The notes under the pieces were generated by a model that did no database searches, had not been told where the DNA came from, and saw only the letters and a list, made by a program, of their open reading frames with translations. The position numbers were made by a program, and so were the translations under genes. From Spirochaetia bacterium (GTDB taxonomy: Bacteria > Spirochaetota > Spirochaetia > SZUA-6 > Bin103), in contig CBDBDQ010000005.1 in assembly GCA_965203905.1 (NCBI GenBank), forward strand, positions 2,816,001 to 2,880,000: a DNA stretch of 64,000 bases. The letters run 5' to 3'. Of this stretch, positions 1 to 9,600 are shown one piece after another (position 1 is the stretch's first letter; each line of letters opens with the position of its first letter).

Positions 1-390
1 GTCGAGGGCCGCTCCGATCCTCTCGTACTCAGCCTCGTCGTCGGGCAGCACACGCGCCGCGGCGATCGCCCCGGCCGCGACCGGATGCTCGCGCAGGATC
101 TGCAGGCACAGCGCGTGGATGGTGCCGATCACCGCCTGGTCGAGTTCCGCCAGGTGACCGGCCAGCTCGGGACGGTCGCGCACCTCGCGCCGCACCCGCT
201 CGCGCATCTCGGCGGCGGCGGCATCGGTGAAGGTGACCGCGGCGATCTCCGGGATGCGGCAGTCGCTCAGCAGCGCCACGTAGCGCTCCACCAGCACCCG
301 GGTCTTGCCGCTGCCGGCGCCGGCGGCAACCAGGATGTCGGCATTGCGGTCGGCGACCACCGCCGCCTGTTGCCCGGTCAGCGTTTCCAT
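1..390 (-). CDS. addA: AddA-like UvrD/SF1 helicase-nuclease, N-terminal part (runs off window)
   Basis: Not in the ORF track. ATG at 390 reads METLTGQQAAVVADRNADILVAAGAGSGKTRVLVERY...AVTFTDAAAAEMRERV...IGTIHALC (UvrD motifs I, Ia, Ib). Overlaps the stop of the AddB-like gene. Confidence 0.85.
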   Translation of the reverse strand, partial: METLTGQQAAVVADRNADILVAAGAGSGKTRVLVERYVALLSDCRIPEIAAVTFTDAAAAEMRERVRREVRDRPELAGHLAELDQAVIGTIHALCLQILREHPVAAGAIAAARVLPDDEAEYERIGAALD

Positions 391-3311
391 CGGCTGAACT
401 GGTTGACGCGGCAGGCGTGCTGGAACGCACAGTAGGTGGGACAGGGCTGCACCATGGGGCGGACGCGGAAGTCGCCGGCGCGCACCGCCTCGCGTACCAG
501 GCCGGCGCGCGTCGCGATGCCGTCGATCAATTCCCGGTCCGCGGCAACGTCCGAGTCGAGCTGCCACTCGGTGTGCCGCGCCCGCACCCACGCGTAGCGG
601 GCGATGACCCGGTCGGCACGCGCCTGCTCGCGGGCCAGGTAGGCGTACAGCGGGAGTTGCACCCTGAGGTGGTCGTCCACCATCTTGCGGCTGATGGAGC
701 GGCCGCTCTTGTAGTCGACCACCACGACCATTCCCGGAGCGGTATCCAGGCGGTCGAGGGTCGCCGCAACCGCCAGCGGCGGGGACAGCGGGAGCTCGGC
801 CTCGATCCGCTTCTCCGCACCGCCCAGCGCGTTGACGCCGGCAGCGGCCGAGCGTTCCGCTTCCGCGCGCAGCAGGTCGGCGAGCCGCTCCAGCGCCGGC
901 TCGCACTCGATCCGCCACAGCCCGGCCCGACCGAAGCCGTATTCCTGCGGCGCCCGCTCCCAGATCGCCCGGCCACGGCTGTGCAGCCGTTCGACCGCCG
1001 CGTCGACGGTGCCGGGCGCCAGCGGCTTGCGCCCCGCGATCAGATCCTGCAGGGCGTCCTGCAGCATCGCGTGCATCACCGTGCCGCGGGTGGCGGCGTC
1101 CGCCGTGTCCTGCTCGTCATCGAGCTCCCGCAGCCTGAGGGCGTAGCTCCCGAAGAACTGAAAGCCGCAGGTGAGGTAGCTCTCCAGCCGGGTGGCGCTC
1201 CACACCGCCCCGCGGTCGGTCAGCTCGGGCCGCAGGCCGCCCCCGACCGCTCCCTCGAATGCACCGGCATGGGTGAACGAGCGGCGGCGCTGCTCCACCC
1301 CGGCGGCCAGGCGCACCACGGCCCACGCCGCGCCGCCCCGCGGTGGCCGTGCGCGCCCGCCGCCGCTCCATCCGCTGGTGCAGGCGATGGCCAGCTCGCG
1401 GCGGGAGGCCGCTCCGGCCGGCTCCGGCACCGCCGTCGCGGTGGCCGCGTCCCCCTCCGCCGCGTCGAAGTAGAGTGATGCGGCGACCTGCCGGCCGCGC
1501 TCGTCGAGGCGCGTCCGCCACGCGGTCAACGCGGTGTCGGCACGGCTGCGCACGGAGTGCCACAACTCATCCTCGGTGGGCTCGGGCGGCGGCGGCAGCT
1601 CCAGTCCGGCGCCCGCCAGCGCCTGCCGCACCGAGCGCGACAGGAGCAGCGGCGCCTGGCGCGATGCCGGGAACTCGCCCTCGACCAGGCCGCCCGCCTC
1701 CAGGAAGGCGAGCCGCAGTCCGGCCAGCGCACCCATCGGCGCCAGCAGCACGCCGCCCGCCTCGCGCAGGATCGCCGCCGGCGCCTCCAGCCGCGCCAGC
1801 AGCCGATCGACGAACGTGGAGAACGGAACCGGTCCTTCCCGCAGGGCGTCGCCCAGGGCGGCGATGTCGTCCAGGTGCCCGCGCAGGGCATCGATCTCCT
1901 CGCCGAGCCCCGGATGTCCCCGTACCGCGGGATGGATGAGCGGCGGCCTCCCGAACAGGGCCGCCTGCACCTGGCGGGCGTGCATCCCGATCGGCGCGGG
2001 CGGCGGTTCCAGGAACGCGTACAGGTACGCCAACGCGCCGGGCAAGCCGCGAGCCTCCATACCGGGAAGGGCGGGTGCGTCACCGTGGCGCGCTGCGCGT
2101 GCCGCTTCCGGGGCGGCCTGCCCGTTCGCCGGTGCGCTCTCCGCCAGCCGGTCGAGGGCCTCGCGACCGGCCCAGCGGTGCTGCTCCCTGCCCAGGCGGG
2201 CGATGCGGGCGATCGCCGGCGGGTCGAGGCCCCAGCGGCCGCGGTCGATGAAGCCGCTGCGCAGCACCGTGATCAGGTCACGGAGCCGCCATCCCTCCTC
2301 GGGCAGCCGCAGCAGCCGCCGCACCCAGACGCCGAGTGGGCGATTGGCGAGCGGCTCGCCGGCCACGGGGTCCAGCGGCAGGTCGTACTCGGCGAACACC
2401 TGCCGCGTCAGGCCCAGAACCGGACCGATGCGGCGGAACGTCACCCCGCAGTCGGAGGGACGCAGGTTGCGGTCGCCGGTGAGACGGCGCTTGATGGCAC
2501 GTGCCATGGCACGCAGCTCGGCTTCGCGGTCGGCGGCTACGCAGCCGCGCACCCGCGGGGGCGGCGCACTTCCGCCGGCCGGTTCGATCAGCGCCTCCGG
2601 GAACAGGTGACGCAGGCGCTGGTAAGAGTGGGCGGCGCGCTCGCCGGCGCCGGGATCGAACGCCAGCAGCAGATCGCGGTCACGGGCGAGCGCGGCCAGC
2701 AGGCGCAACTCGCCGCCGTGGAAGAAGCGGAAGCCGTCGACCAGCACCAGGGATGGCAGTGCGGGCGCGTCCCCGACTGCCGCGGCCGCGGCCGGCAGTG
2801 CCGCAGGAGCGATCCAGCGGTGCGCCTCCAGGGCGGCTCGATAGGCGTCGTAAATGGCCGCGATCGCGGCGAGCTGCGGGTCGCCGGTAGTTCCGGCCGC
2901 CGTAGCGAAGCGCTGCGCCGGGATGTCCTCGGCCAGCAGCTCTTCCACCGCCGCCCACAGCATCGGCAGCGCGGCGGCCGCTCCCAGCGGCGCGAAGTGG
3001 GCTGCGGCGCCGGTCTCGATCCGCCGGCGGGTGACGCTGACGAGCAGCTCGCGCGCGGCCCCGACCGACGCCGCGGCCAGCCCGGTGTCGAAGCGGCGTG
3101 CCACGGCGCGCGGGGTCTCCACCTGCAGATCCAGCGCCACCCCGCACAGCGCCAGCAGCCGGCGGCGGAACTGGTCGCCGTGGCGCACCGTGGGCACCAG
3201 CACCAGCGTGGCCGCAAACGGGTTCTGCCGATACCGGTCCGCCGCCCGCCGCAGCAACGCCTCGGTCTTCCCGGACCCGGCCGGCCCGACTATGAGGGTA
3301 GGGCTTGCGAT
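378..3311 (-). CDS. addB: AddB-like PD-(D/E)XK nuclease subunit
   Basis: C-terminal nuclease LDRLD...VVVDYKSG...QLPLY; Fe-S staple Cys residues (SYLTC...CPTYCAFQHAC); directly upstream of addA. Frame is open upstream of the TTG at 3257 through LIVGPAGSGKT to an ATC at 3311, so the start is uncertain. Confidence 0.85.
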   Translation of the reverse strand: MASPTLIVGPAGSGKTEALLRRAADRYRQNPFAATLVLVPTVRHGDQFRRRLLALCGVALDLQVETPRAVARRFDTGLAAASVGAARELLVSVTRRRIETGAAAHFAPLGAAAALPMLWAAVEELLAEDIPAQRFATAAGTTGDPQLAAIAAIYDAYRAALEAHRWIAPAALPAAAAAVGDAPALPSLVLVDGFRFFHGGELRLLAALARDRDLLLAFDPGAGERAAHSYQRLRHLFPEALIEPAGGSAPPPRVRGCVAADREAELRAMARAIKRRLTGDRNLRPSDCGVTFRRIGPVLGLTRQVFAEYDLPLDPVAGEPLANRPLGVWVRRLLRLPEEGWRLRDLITVLRSGFIDRGRWGLDPPAIARIARLGREQHRWAGREALDRLAESAPANGQAAPEAARAARHGDAPALPGMEARGLPGALAYLYAFLEPPPAPIGMHARQVQAALFGRPPLIHPAVRGHPGLGEEIDALRGHLDDIAALGDALREGPVPFSTFVDRLLARLEAPAAILREAGGVLLAPMGALAGLRLAFLEAGGLVEGEFPASRQAPLLLSRSVRQALAGAGLELPPPPEPTEDELWHSVRSRADTALTAWRTRLDERGRQVAASLYFDAAEGDAATATAVPEPAGAASRRELAIACTSGWSGGGRARPPRGGAAWAVVRLAAGVEQRRRSFTHAGAFEGAVGGGLRPELTDRGAVWSATRLESYLTCGFQFFGSYALRLRELDDEQDTADAATRGTVMHAMLQDALQDLIAGRKPLAPGTVDAAVERLHSRGRAIWERAPQEYGFGRAGLWRIECEPALERLADLLRAEAERSAAAGVNALGGAEKRIEAELPLSPPLAVAATLDRLDTAPGMVVVVDYKSGRSISRKMVDDHLRVQLPLYAYLAREQARADRVIARYAWVRARHTEWQLDSDVAADRELIDGIATRAGLVREAVRAGDFRVRPMVQPCPTYCAFQHACRVNQFSRWKR

Positions 3312-3385
3312 CCCCTATCGTACCGCGATGGGGCCGGCTCCGAGTACCGCTCCCATCGACGGCGCTGCGTGTCTTCCGGCGAGCG

Positions 3386-4444
3386 TCAGGCCAACTCGAC
3401 GACCTGGCCGGTACGGACGGAGCGGTCGGCGGCCAGGACCACCCGCAGGCTGTTCACCGCTGCCTCGAGGTCGGGCTCCAGGTCGCGGTCGTTGCGGATG
3501 GCGTCCCGCAGGTAGCGCTGCTCGCGGCGGCACAGCGCGTCGTGGTCCGGTTCGGCGCTGGTGTCGAGGAAGCGGTCGGCGCGGGCGAAGCCGTCGCCGG
3601 CAGTCTCGGCGTGGTGGATCAGGAAGCCGCCGGTGGAGGTGTGGGCCGCCAGGCGGGCGGATTCGCCGGGCGGGTGGTCGACCATGCTGACGCTGCCGCG
3701 GGGTCCGATTACGTCCTTCACGAAGTAGGCGGTCTCGCTCATCATCGGCCCCCAGCCGGCCTCGTACCAGCCCACCGAACCGTCGTCGAACGTGACCTGG
3801 AGCTGCCCGTAGTTGTACATGTCGGGGGCGATCTCGTCGCTGAGGCGGGCGCCGATGGCATGCACCCGCCGCGGTGCGGCCCCGGTCATCTGGCACATCA
3901 CGTCCACGTAGTGCACGCCGCAGTCCACGATCGGCGACATGGAGCGCATCAGGTTGCGGTGGCCGCGCCATCCGGCGCCGCTGGACTGTTGGTTGAGGTT
4001 CATCCGCATCACCAGCGGGGTGCCCAGGCCGCGCGCGTGGTCGATGAAGGTGCGCCACGACGGATGGTGGCGCAGGATGTGGCCGACCACCACCTTGAGC
4101 CCGCGGGCGCGCGCGGTGGCGACGAGCTCCCGCGCCTCGGCCTCCGTCTCCGCCAGCGGCTTCTCCACGAACAGGTGGCAGTCCGCCTGCAGCGCGGCCA
4201 GCGCGTAGCGGTAGTGGGAGTCGGGGTGGGTGTTCACCGACACCACGCGAACGCCGCCGGCCGCGATGCCCCGCTCGAACGACTCGTACGCCGGCACCCC
4301 CAGCTCGGCGGCCAGGGCGTTGCGGGAGGCGGCGCCGCGGCTCACCACGCCGGTCACGTGGAAGCCGTCGATCTCCCGATAGGCGCGCGCGTGGGAACTT
4401 CCCATCGCACCGCAGCCCACTACCAGCACTCCAAGCGAATCCAT
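3386..4444 (-). CDS. Gfo/Idh/MocA family NAD(P)-dependent oxidoreductase
   Basis: VVGCGAMG Rossmann motif, HLFVEKP, DCGVH. Confidence 0.92.
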   Translation of the reverse strand: MDSLGVLVVGCGAMGSSHARAYREIDGFHVTGVVSRGAASRNALAAELGVPAYESFERGIAAGGVRVVSVNTHPDSHYRYALAALQADCHLFVEKPLAETEAEARELVATARARGLKVVVGHILRHHPSWRTFIDHARGLGTPLVMRMNLNQQSSGAGWRGHRNLMRSMSPIVDCGVHYVDVMCQMTGAAPRRVHAIGARLSDEIAPDMYNYGQLQVTFDDGSVGWYEAGWGPMMSETAYFVKDVIGPRGSVSMVDHPPGESARLAAHTSTGGFLIHHAETAGDGFARADRFLDTSAEPDHDALCRREQRYLRDAIRNDRDLEPDLEAAVNSLRVVLAADRSVRTGQVVELA

Positions 4445-4491
4445 CTCTGCCCCCGGCGTGTGCGCCGGCAGTATCCCACGACTGCGGCGCT

Positions 4492-4520
4492 TTGACAGGC
4501 CAGCCGGGCGCTCCTACATT
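4492..4520 (+). promoter_or_regulatory. sigma70-type promoter of the solute-binding protein gene
   Basis: TTGACA-17nt-TACATT; near-identical copy at 18300-18328. Confidence 0.75.
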
Positions 4521-4551
4521 GGCGCCCTGCGGCGTCAAAGGAGCGGTCGCG

Positions 4552-4629
4552 CTCGCCGCCGTGCTGCTGCTCAACCTGGTGGGCGACAGCCTCCATGACG
4601 CCGCCGACCCGTACCAGAGACAACGCTGA
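4552..4629 (+). pseudogene. Relic 3' end of an OppC/DppC-type permease
   Basis: Reads LAAVLLLNLVGDSLHDAADPYQRQR*, matching IAAVLLFNFVGDGLRDAADPYKR* at the end of 19362-20531. Confidence 0.8.
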
Positions 4630-4722
4630 GGTATACCCCGGCAGTTCGCGGCCGCCTGCCGGCGGCTGGCGGGCGGGCTTCGTAGGAGGCGCGTGAGCCG
4701 GACACCTCAAAGGAGCGTCACA

Positions 4723-6618
4723 ATGCTGAAGAAGCTGGTGACAAGTATCGCGCTCGGCGCCCTGGCGCTGGGCACGGCATGGGCCTATAACGAGGCACCG
4801 ATGCTGGCTGCCAAGGTGGCCGCGGGAGAGCTGCCCCCCGTGGATGAGCGGCTGCCGGCCGAGCCGGTGGTGATTACGCCACTCACCGAGGTGGGCGAGT
4901 ATGGCGGCAACCTGAGCGTCGCCATACCGAGCGCGTGGGCGTGGTTCGGCGATCCGCAGTCGGCGGTCGGCCCGGAGACGCTGATGCGCATCGCCACCGA
5001 CTACACCGGGGTGGTGCCCAACATCGTGCGCTCGTGGGACTGGGAGCCGGACGGCAAGACGGTGGTGATGCACTTCGTGCGCGACGCGAAGTGGTCGGAC
5101 GGCGCACCGTTCAGCGCGGATTCGGTCATGTGGTGGTACGACAACATCACCCTGAACGAGACCCTGACGCCGAACCCGCATACGCGCTGGACGCCCGGCG
5201 GCGAGTTGATGAAGCTCACCCAGTTGGACGACTACACCATCCGCTACGAGTTCGCGGCGCCCTACCCGCTGATCGAGATGCAGTATGCGCACTACTCCGG
5301 CGGCCCCTACTCCTATGCGCCGGGGCACTACCTGGAGCAGTTCCACGAGGACTTCCAGGACGCCGACAAGCTGGCGGAGATGGCCAAGGAGGCGGGCTTC
5401 GACGAGTGGCACCAGTTGTTCAACAACAAGAACCGGGTATGCAGCGTCATCTCGTGCGGCGAGCAGCCCACCATGCAGCCCTACGTGCGCATCGCCTCCA
5501 ACCCGCAGAGCCACACCCTGGAGCGCAACCCCTACTACTGGAAGGTCGATCCGGCCGGCAATCAGCTTCCCTACATCGACGGCGTGACCATCCACGTGGT
5601 GCAGGACCGTGAGGTGATGGTGCTGAAGGCGATCCAGGGCGAGTACGACCTGTTCGGCCAGAACAGCGCGCTGGCCGACTTCCCGGTGTACCAGGAGAAC
5701 AAGGACAAGGCCGGTTACGACGTGTACAACTGGCTGGTGACGGACGCCAACCAGATGGGCATCCAGTTCAACCTGACCATCGAGGATCCGGTGAAGCGCG
5801 AGATCTTCCGCGACAAGCGGTTCCGGATCGCGTTCTCCCACGCCATCGACCGCGACGAGGTCAACGAGGCCACCCAGTTCGGGCTGGCGACGCCGATGCA
5901 GGCCACGGTCCACCGCATGACGCCGTGGTTCAAGGAGGAGTACGCCAACGCCCACGTCGAGTACGACCCGGACGAGTCCAACCGGCTGCTCGACCAGATG
6001 GGCCTGGACCAGCGCGACGCGCAGGGCTTCCGGCTGATGCCGGACGGCCGGCGGCTGTCGGTGACCTGGGAATACCCACCCGACACGCACACCTGGGCAC
6101 CGCCGGTGGTGGAGCTGGTGGTGGACTACGCCAAGGACATCGGCCTGGAGGTGCTGGTGAAGGCGGACGACCGCGCGCTCTACGCCGAGCGCGTGCGCCA
6201 GAATCAGGTGGAGATGAACGAGTGGAACGTTGTCGGATTCACCACCACCATGCTGATCGATCCGCGCGTCTGGGTGCCGTGGCGTGACATGGACGAGGCG
6301 GTCTGGTACACGCAATGGCTGTACTGGTACCTGTCCGGCGGCGAGCGTGGCGAGGAGCCAATCGCCGAGGTGAAGCAGATCCGGGAGTGGTGGGAGCAGT
6401 ACACCACCACCGTGGACCTCGCTGAGCGCGACCGGCTGATCGACAACGTGCTGCGCACGCACGCCGAGAACGCCTTCGTGATCGGCGTCATCGGCGACGT
6501 GATGAAGCCGGTGCTGGTGGACAAGAACCTGGTCAACGTGCCCACCGAGGGCGCGCACGGCTACGACGCCATCCGCTTCCAGCCCAACCACCCGGAGCAG
6601 TTCTTCTTCCGCGGCTAG
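4723..6618 (+). CDS. ABC transporter substrate-binding protein, family 5 (OppA/DppA-like)
   Basis: AGGAG RBS then ATG 4723; signal peptide; YNEAPML...LPPVDERLP, KWSDGAPF, ERNPYYWKVDPAGNQLPYID. Confidence 0.93.
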   Translation: MLKKLVTSIALGALALGTAWAYNEAPMLAAKVAAGELPPVDERLPAEPVVITPLTEVGEYGGNLSVAIPSAWAWFGDPQSAVGPETLMRIATDYTGVVPNIVRSWDWEPDGKTVVMHFVRDAKWSDGAPFSADSVMWWYDNITLNETLTPNPHTRWTPGGELMKLTQLDDYTIRYEFAAPYPLIEMQYAHYSGGPYSYAPGHYLEQFHEDFQDADKLAEMAKEAGFDEWHQLFNNKNRVCSVISCGEQPTMQPYVRIASNPQSHTLERNPYYWKVDPAGNQLPYIDGVTIHVVQDREVMVLKAIQGEYDLFGQNSALADFPVYQENKDKAGYDVYNWLVTDANQMGIQFNLTIEDPVKREIFRDKRFRIAFSHAIDRDEVNEATQFGLATPMQATVHRMTPWFKEEYANAHVEYDPDESNRLLDQMGLDQRDAQGFRLMPDGRRLSVTWEYPPDTHTWAPPVVELVVDYAKDIGLEVLVKADDRALYAERVRQNQVEMNEWNVVGFTTTMLIDPRVWVPWRDMDEAVWYTQWLYWYLSGGERGEEPIAEVKQIREWWEQYTTTVDLAERDRLIDNVLRTHAENAFVIGVIGDVMKPVLVDKNLVNVPTEGAHGYDAIRFQPNHPEQFFFRG

Positions 6619-6680
6619 GCGAAGCCGCTCGTTGCACCTGCTGCCGGTCCGGTCGCCCGTGGCCGGCCGGCAGCCTCCCC

Positions 6681-9600
6681 ATGCATCGGACCTATACCCT
6701 CCTCCTCAACGACACGATGCGGGCGCACCTGGTCTCGCTTGGACGCCGGGCCAGGCAGCGCCTGCGCGAGAAGCTGGACCTGCTGAAGGAGGGCATGTGG
6801 GACGGCGGCATGCGGGTCAAGAAGCTCAAGGGCAGCGGGCGCCGCGTGTTCGAAGCTCGGCTCAGCCGCGGCGACCGCATCCTGTTCACGCTGGGTCAGC
6901 CGGCCGCGGACAACCCCGACACCAGTGACCGGCTGACCCGCATCTACGTCTGGGGCGTGGAGCGGCACGATGACGTGTCGGCCGCGGCACGCCGCATCGT
7001 GCCCGCAAACGCCCCGTTCCTCGATTTCCAGCCCGACGCCGTGGAAGAGTTGCCGGAGGAGGGATTCGTCGACGACCTCGACCAGGCCTGCTTTTCGCCG
7101 GCCCTCGACCGGCCGGCGCACACGCCGGATCCCGCGGCGCCTCCCGACGCCGGGCCGCAGCGCTGGCTGGTGGTGGATGACGAAGAGTGGCGGCGCCTGC
7201 AGACGGCGCACGCCAGCGACCACGTGGAGTTGTACCTGTTCCTGACCCGCGAGCAGGCGCGCCTGCTGCACAGCGAACCGCCGCTGCTGCTGTCCGGCAC
7301 CGCCGGCAGCGGCAAGACCACCATCGCGGTCTACTACCTGTTGCGCCACCGGGTGCGTCAGCTCACGGTTGCCGCCGGAGCGCCGGCGCCTGCCCCGGAG
7401 CCGCGGCCCGGCGGCGAACGGGCACTGTTTCTCACCTACAGCCCCCACCTGAAGCGGCTGTCGGAGCGCATCTACCGCGGCCTGGTCAGGGCCACCGACC
7501 TGGAGCGTGCGCCGCACGCGGTGCGCTTCGCCACCTTCGGCGAGTTGCTGGCGGAAATCCTCGGCCAGCGCGGTGGGGAGCGCTGGCAGGCGGCGCCGGC
7601 CGGGCTGGCCGAGTTCCACTCCATCTACGGGAATCTGCCACGCGCGGCGCGCCACGACCCGGAGCTGGTGTGGGAGGAGATTCGCGCCATAATAAAGGGC
7701 GCGAAGCCGCCGGTGAGCCGGCGCCGGTTTGCCGAGTTGGCGGCACGCTTCCAGGCCGCCGCAGCGACGCAGCGCGAGCGCGGCGAGCTGGCCGAGTACG
7801 TGGTGCGGCTGGCCAATCTGGAACTCGGCGACAAGCTCGACGCGGTGCGTGAGCGCAGGACCTCGTTCGCGACCCTGGCGAAGTTCGCCGCCGGTCTGCG
7901 CGACGGCGACGCCGCCCGCGGGGAGGAGCAGCGGTTCCTGCTGGACGCCGCCCTGCGCCTGCTGGACAAGCAGAGCGCACGTCTTGCCCAACCATTGCTC
8001 ACCTTGCGCGAGTACCAGGGGCTGGGAGCCAAGCGGGCGCCCAACTTCCCGGTCGATCGGAGCGATGTATACCGCATCGCCGAGTACTACCAGCAGCAAC
8101 TCGAGGCCGCCGCCCGCTACGACGAAATCGACTTGACGCGTGCGGCGCTGGAGTACCTGGAGCAGCACGGCGAGCAGTTCCGCTACGACCTGGTGGTATG
8201 TGACGAGGTGCAGGACTTCACCGACGTGCAGCTTGCCCTGCTGTTCCGCCTGGCCGTCGATCCGCGCCGTACCGTGCTCACCGGCGATCCCAAGCAGATC
8301 ATCAATCCCAGCGGCTTCCGCTGGGAGGAGGTGCGCGCGCGCTACTACGAGCGCGGCCTGCCGGTGCCGGAGGTGATCAACCTCAGCATCAACTTTCGGA
8401 GCGTCGGCAACATCGTCAGCCTGGCCAACAAGCTGCTGGAGCTGAAAGGCAGCCTGATCGGCCTGGGCAGCGGCGAGATCGCCGAGCGCTGGACGTTCCG
8501 GGGGCGCCCGCCGCTGCTGATCGAGGATCTTCCGGAATCCGAACTGCTGCGCACGGTGCGACTCGGGGGCGCCGGGCAGGTGGTGCTGGCACGCACCGAA
8601 CGGGAGCGCGACCGGCTGCGCAACGCGCTGCAGACCGAGTTGGTGTTCACCATCGGCGAAGCCAAGGGGTTGGAGTTCGACGCGGTGCTGCTGTGGCGCT
8701 TCTCGGCGACCGAGGGCGCACCGGCCATCTGGCGCCGCATCGCCTCCGACCGCGTCCGCGGCGACGCCGACACGCCCCACATCCGCCACGAGTTGAATCT
8801 GCTGTACGTGGCGGTGACGCGGGCGCGCAACTCGCTGGTGATCTGGGACGGCGAGCAGGTCAGTCCGATCTGGGGCATCGAAACCCTGGCCGATCAGGTG
8901 TATCGATCGGCCGACGCGACCGCCTTCGAGACCATCTGGCAGCGGGTGTCCACGCCAGCCGAGTGGGAAGCACAGGGCGACTACTTCGCCGAGCGCGAGC
9001 ACTACGCCGCCGCCGAAGAGTGCTACCGCCACGCCCAGGCGGTGGACAAGGAGGATCTGGCACGCGCCCGTCGCTTGCAGCAGGAGGGGGATCACCGTGC
9101 CGCCGCCGCGCTGTTCCTGCGCCACGGGCGCGCCGTGCCGGCAGCCGAGAACCTGGAGCGCGCGGCGGCGTTCCGGGAGGCGGCGCGGGCATGGCGGCGC
9201 GCCGGGAACGAGCAGCACGCCACGGCCAGCGAGGCACGCCACTACGAGTCCGTGGGCAACTACGCCGCCGCGGCCAGGCGCTGGGAGCAGCTCGGCGTCG
9301 ACGAAGGCATCCTGCGCAACTGGGAGCGGGGCCGGGAGTTCGGCAAGCTGGCCCAGTACCACCTGGGGCGCAAAGCCGGCGCCGAGGCGGCCCATTACCT
9401 CAAGCTGGCGGGTGACCACGCGGCGGCGGCGGTGCAGTTCCGACGTGCGGGGCTGCTGGAGCTCGCGGCACAGGAGTTCGAGCAGGCCGGCGACCATCAG
9501 CGCGCTGCGACCCTCTACCGGCGCCTGAAGGACGGCGGTGCGTTGCTGCGCTGTCTGCTCCACGGTGGCGCGTATCACGATGCCGGCGAGGAGTACGAGA

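Noticed and set aside
1-3311. addAB as part of a defence system (Gabija- or Cas4-like)
   Set aside because: The overlapping AddB-AddA arrangement and motifs fit the standard recombination-repair complex.
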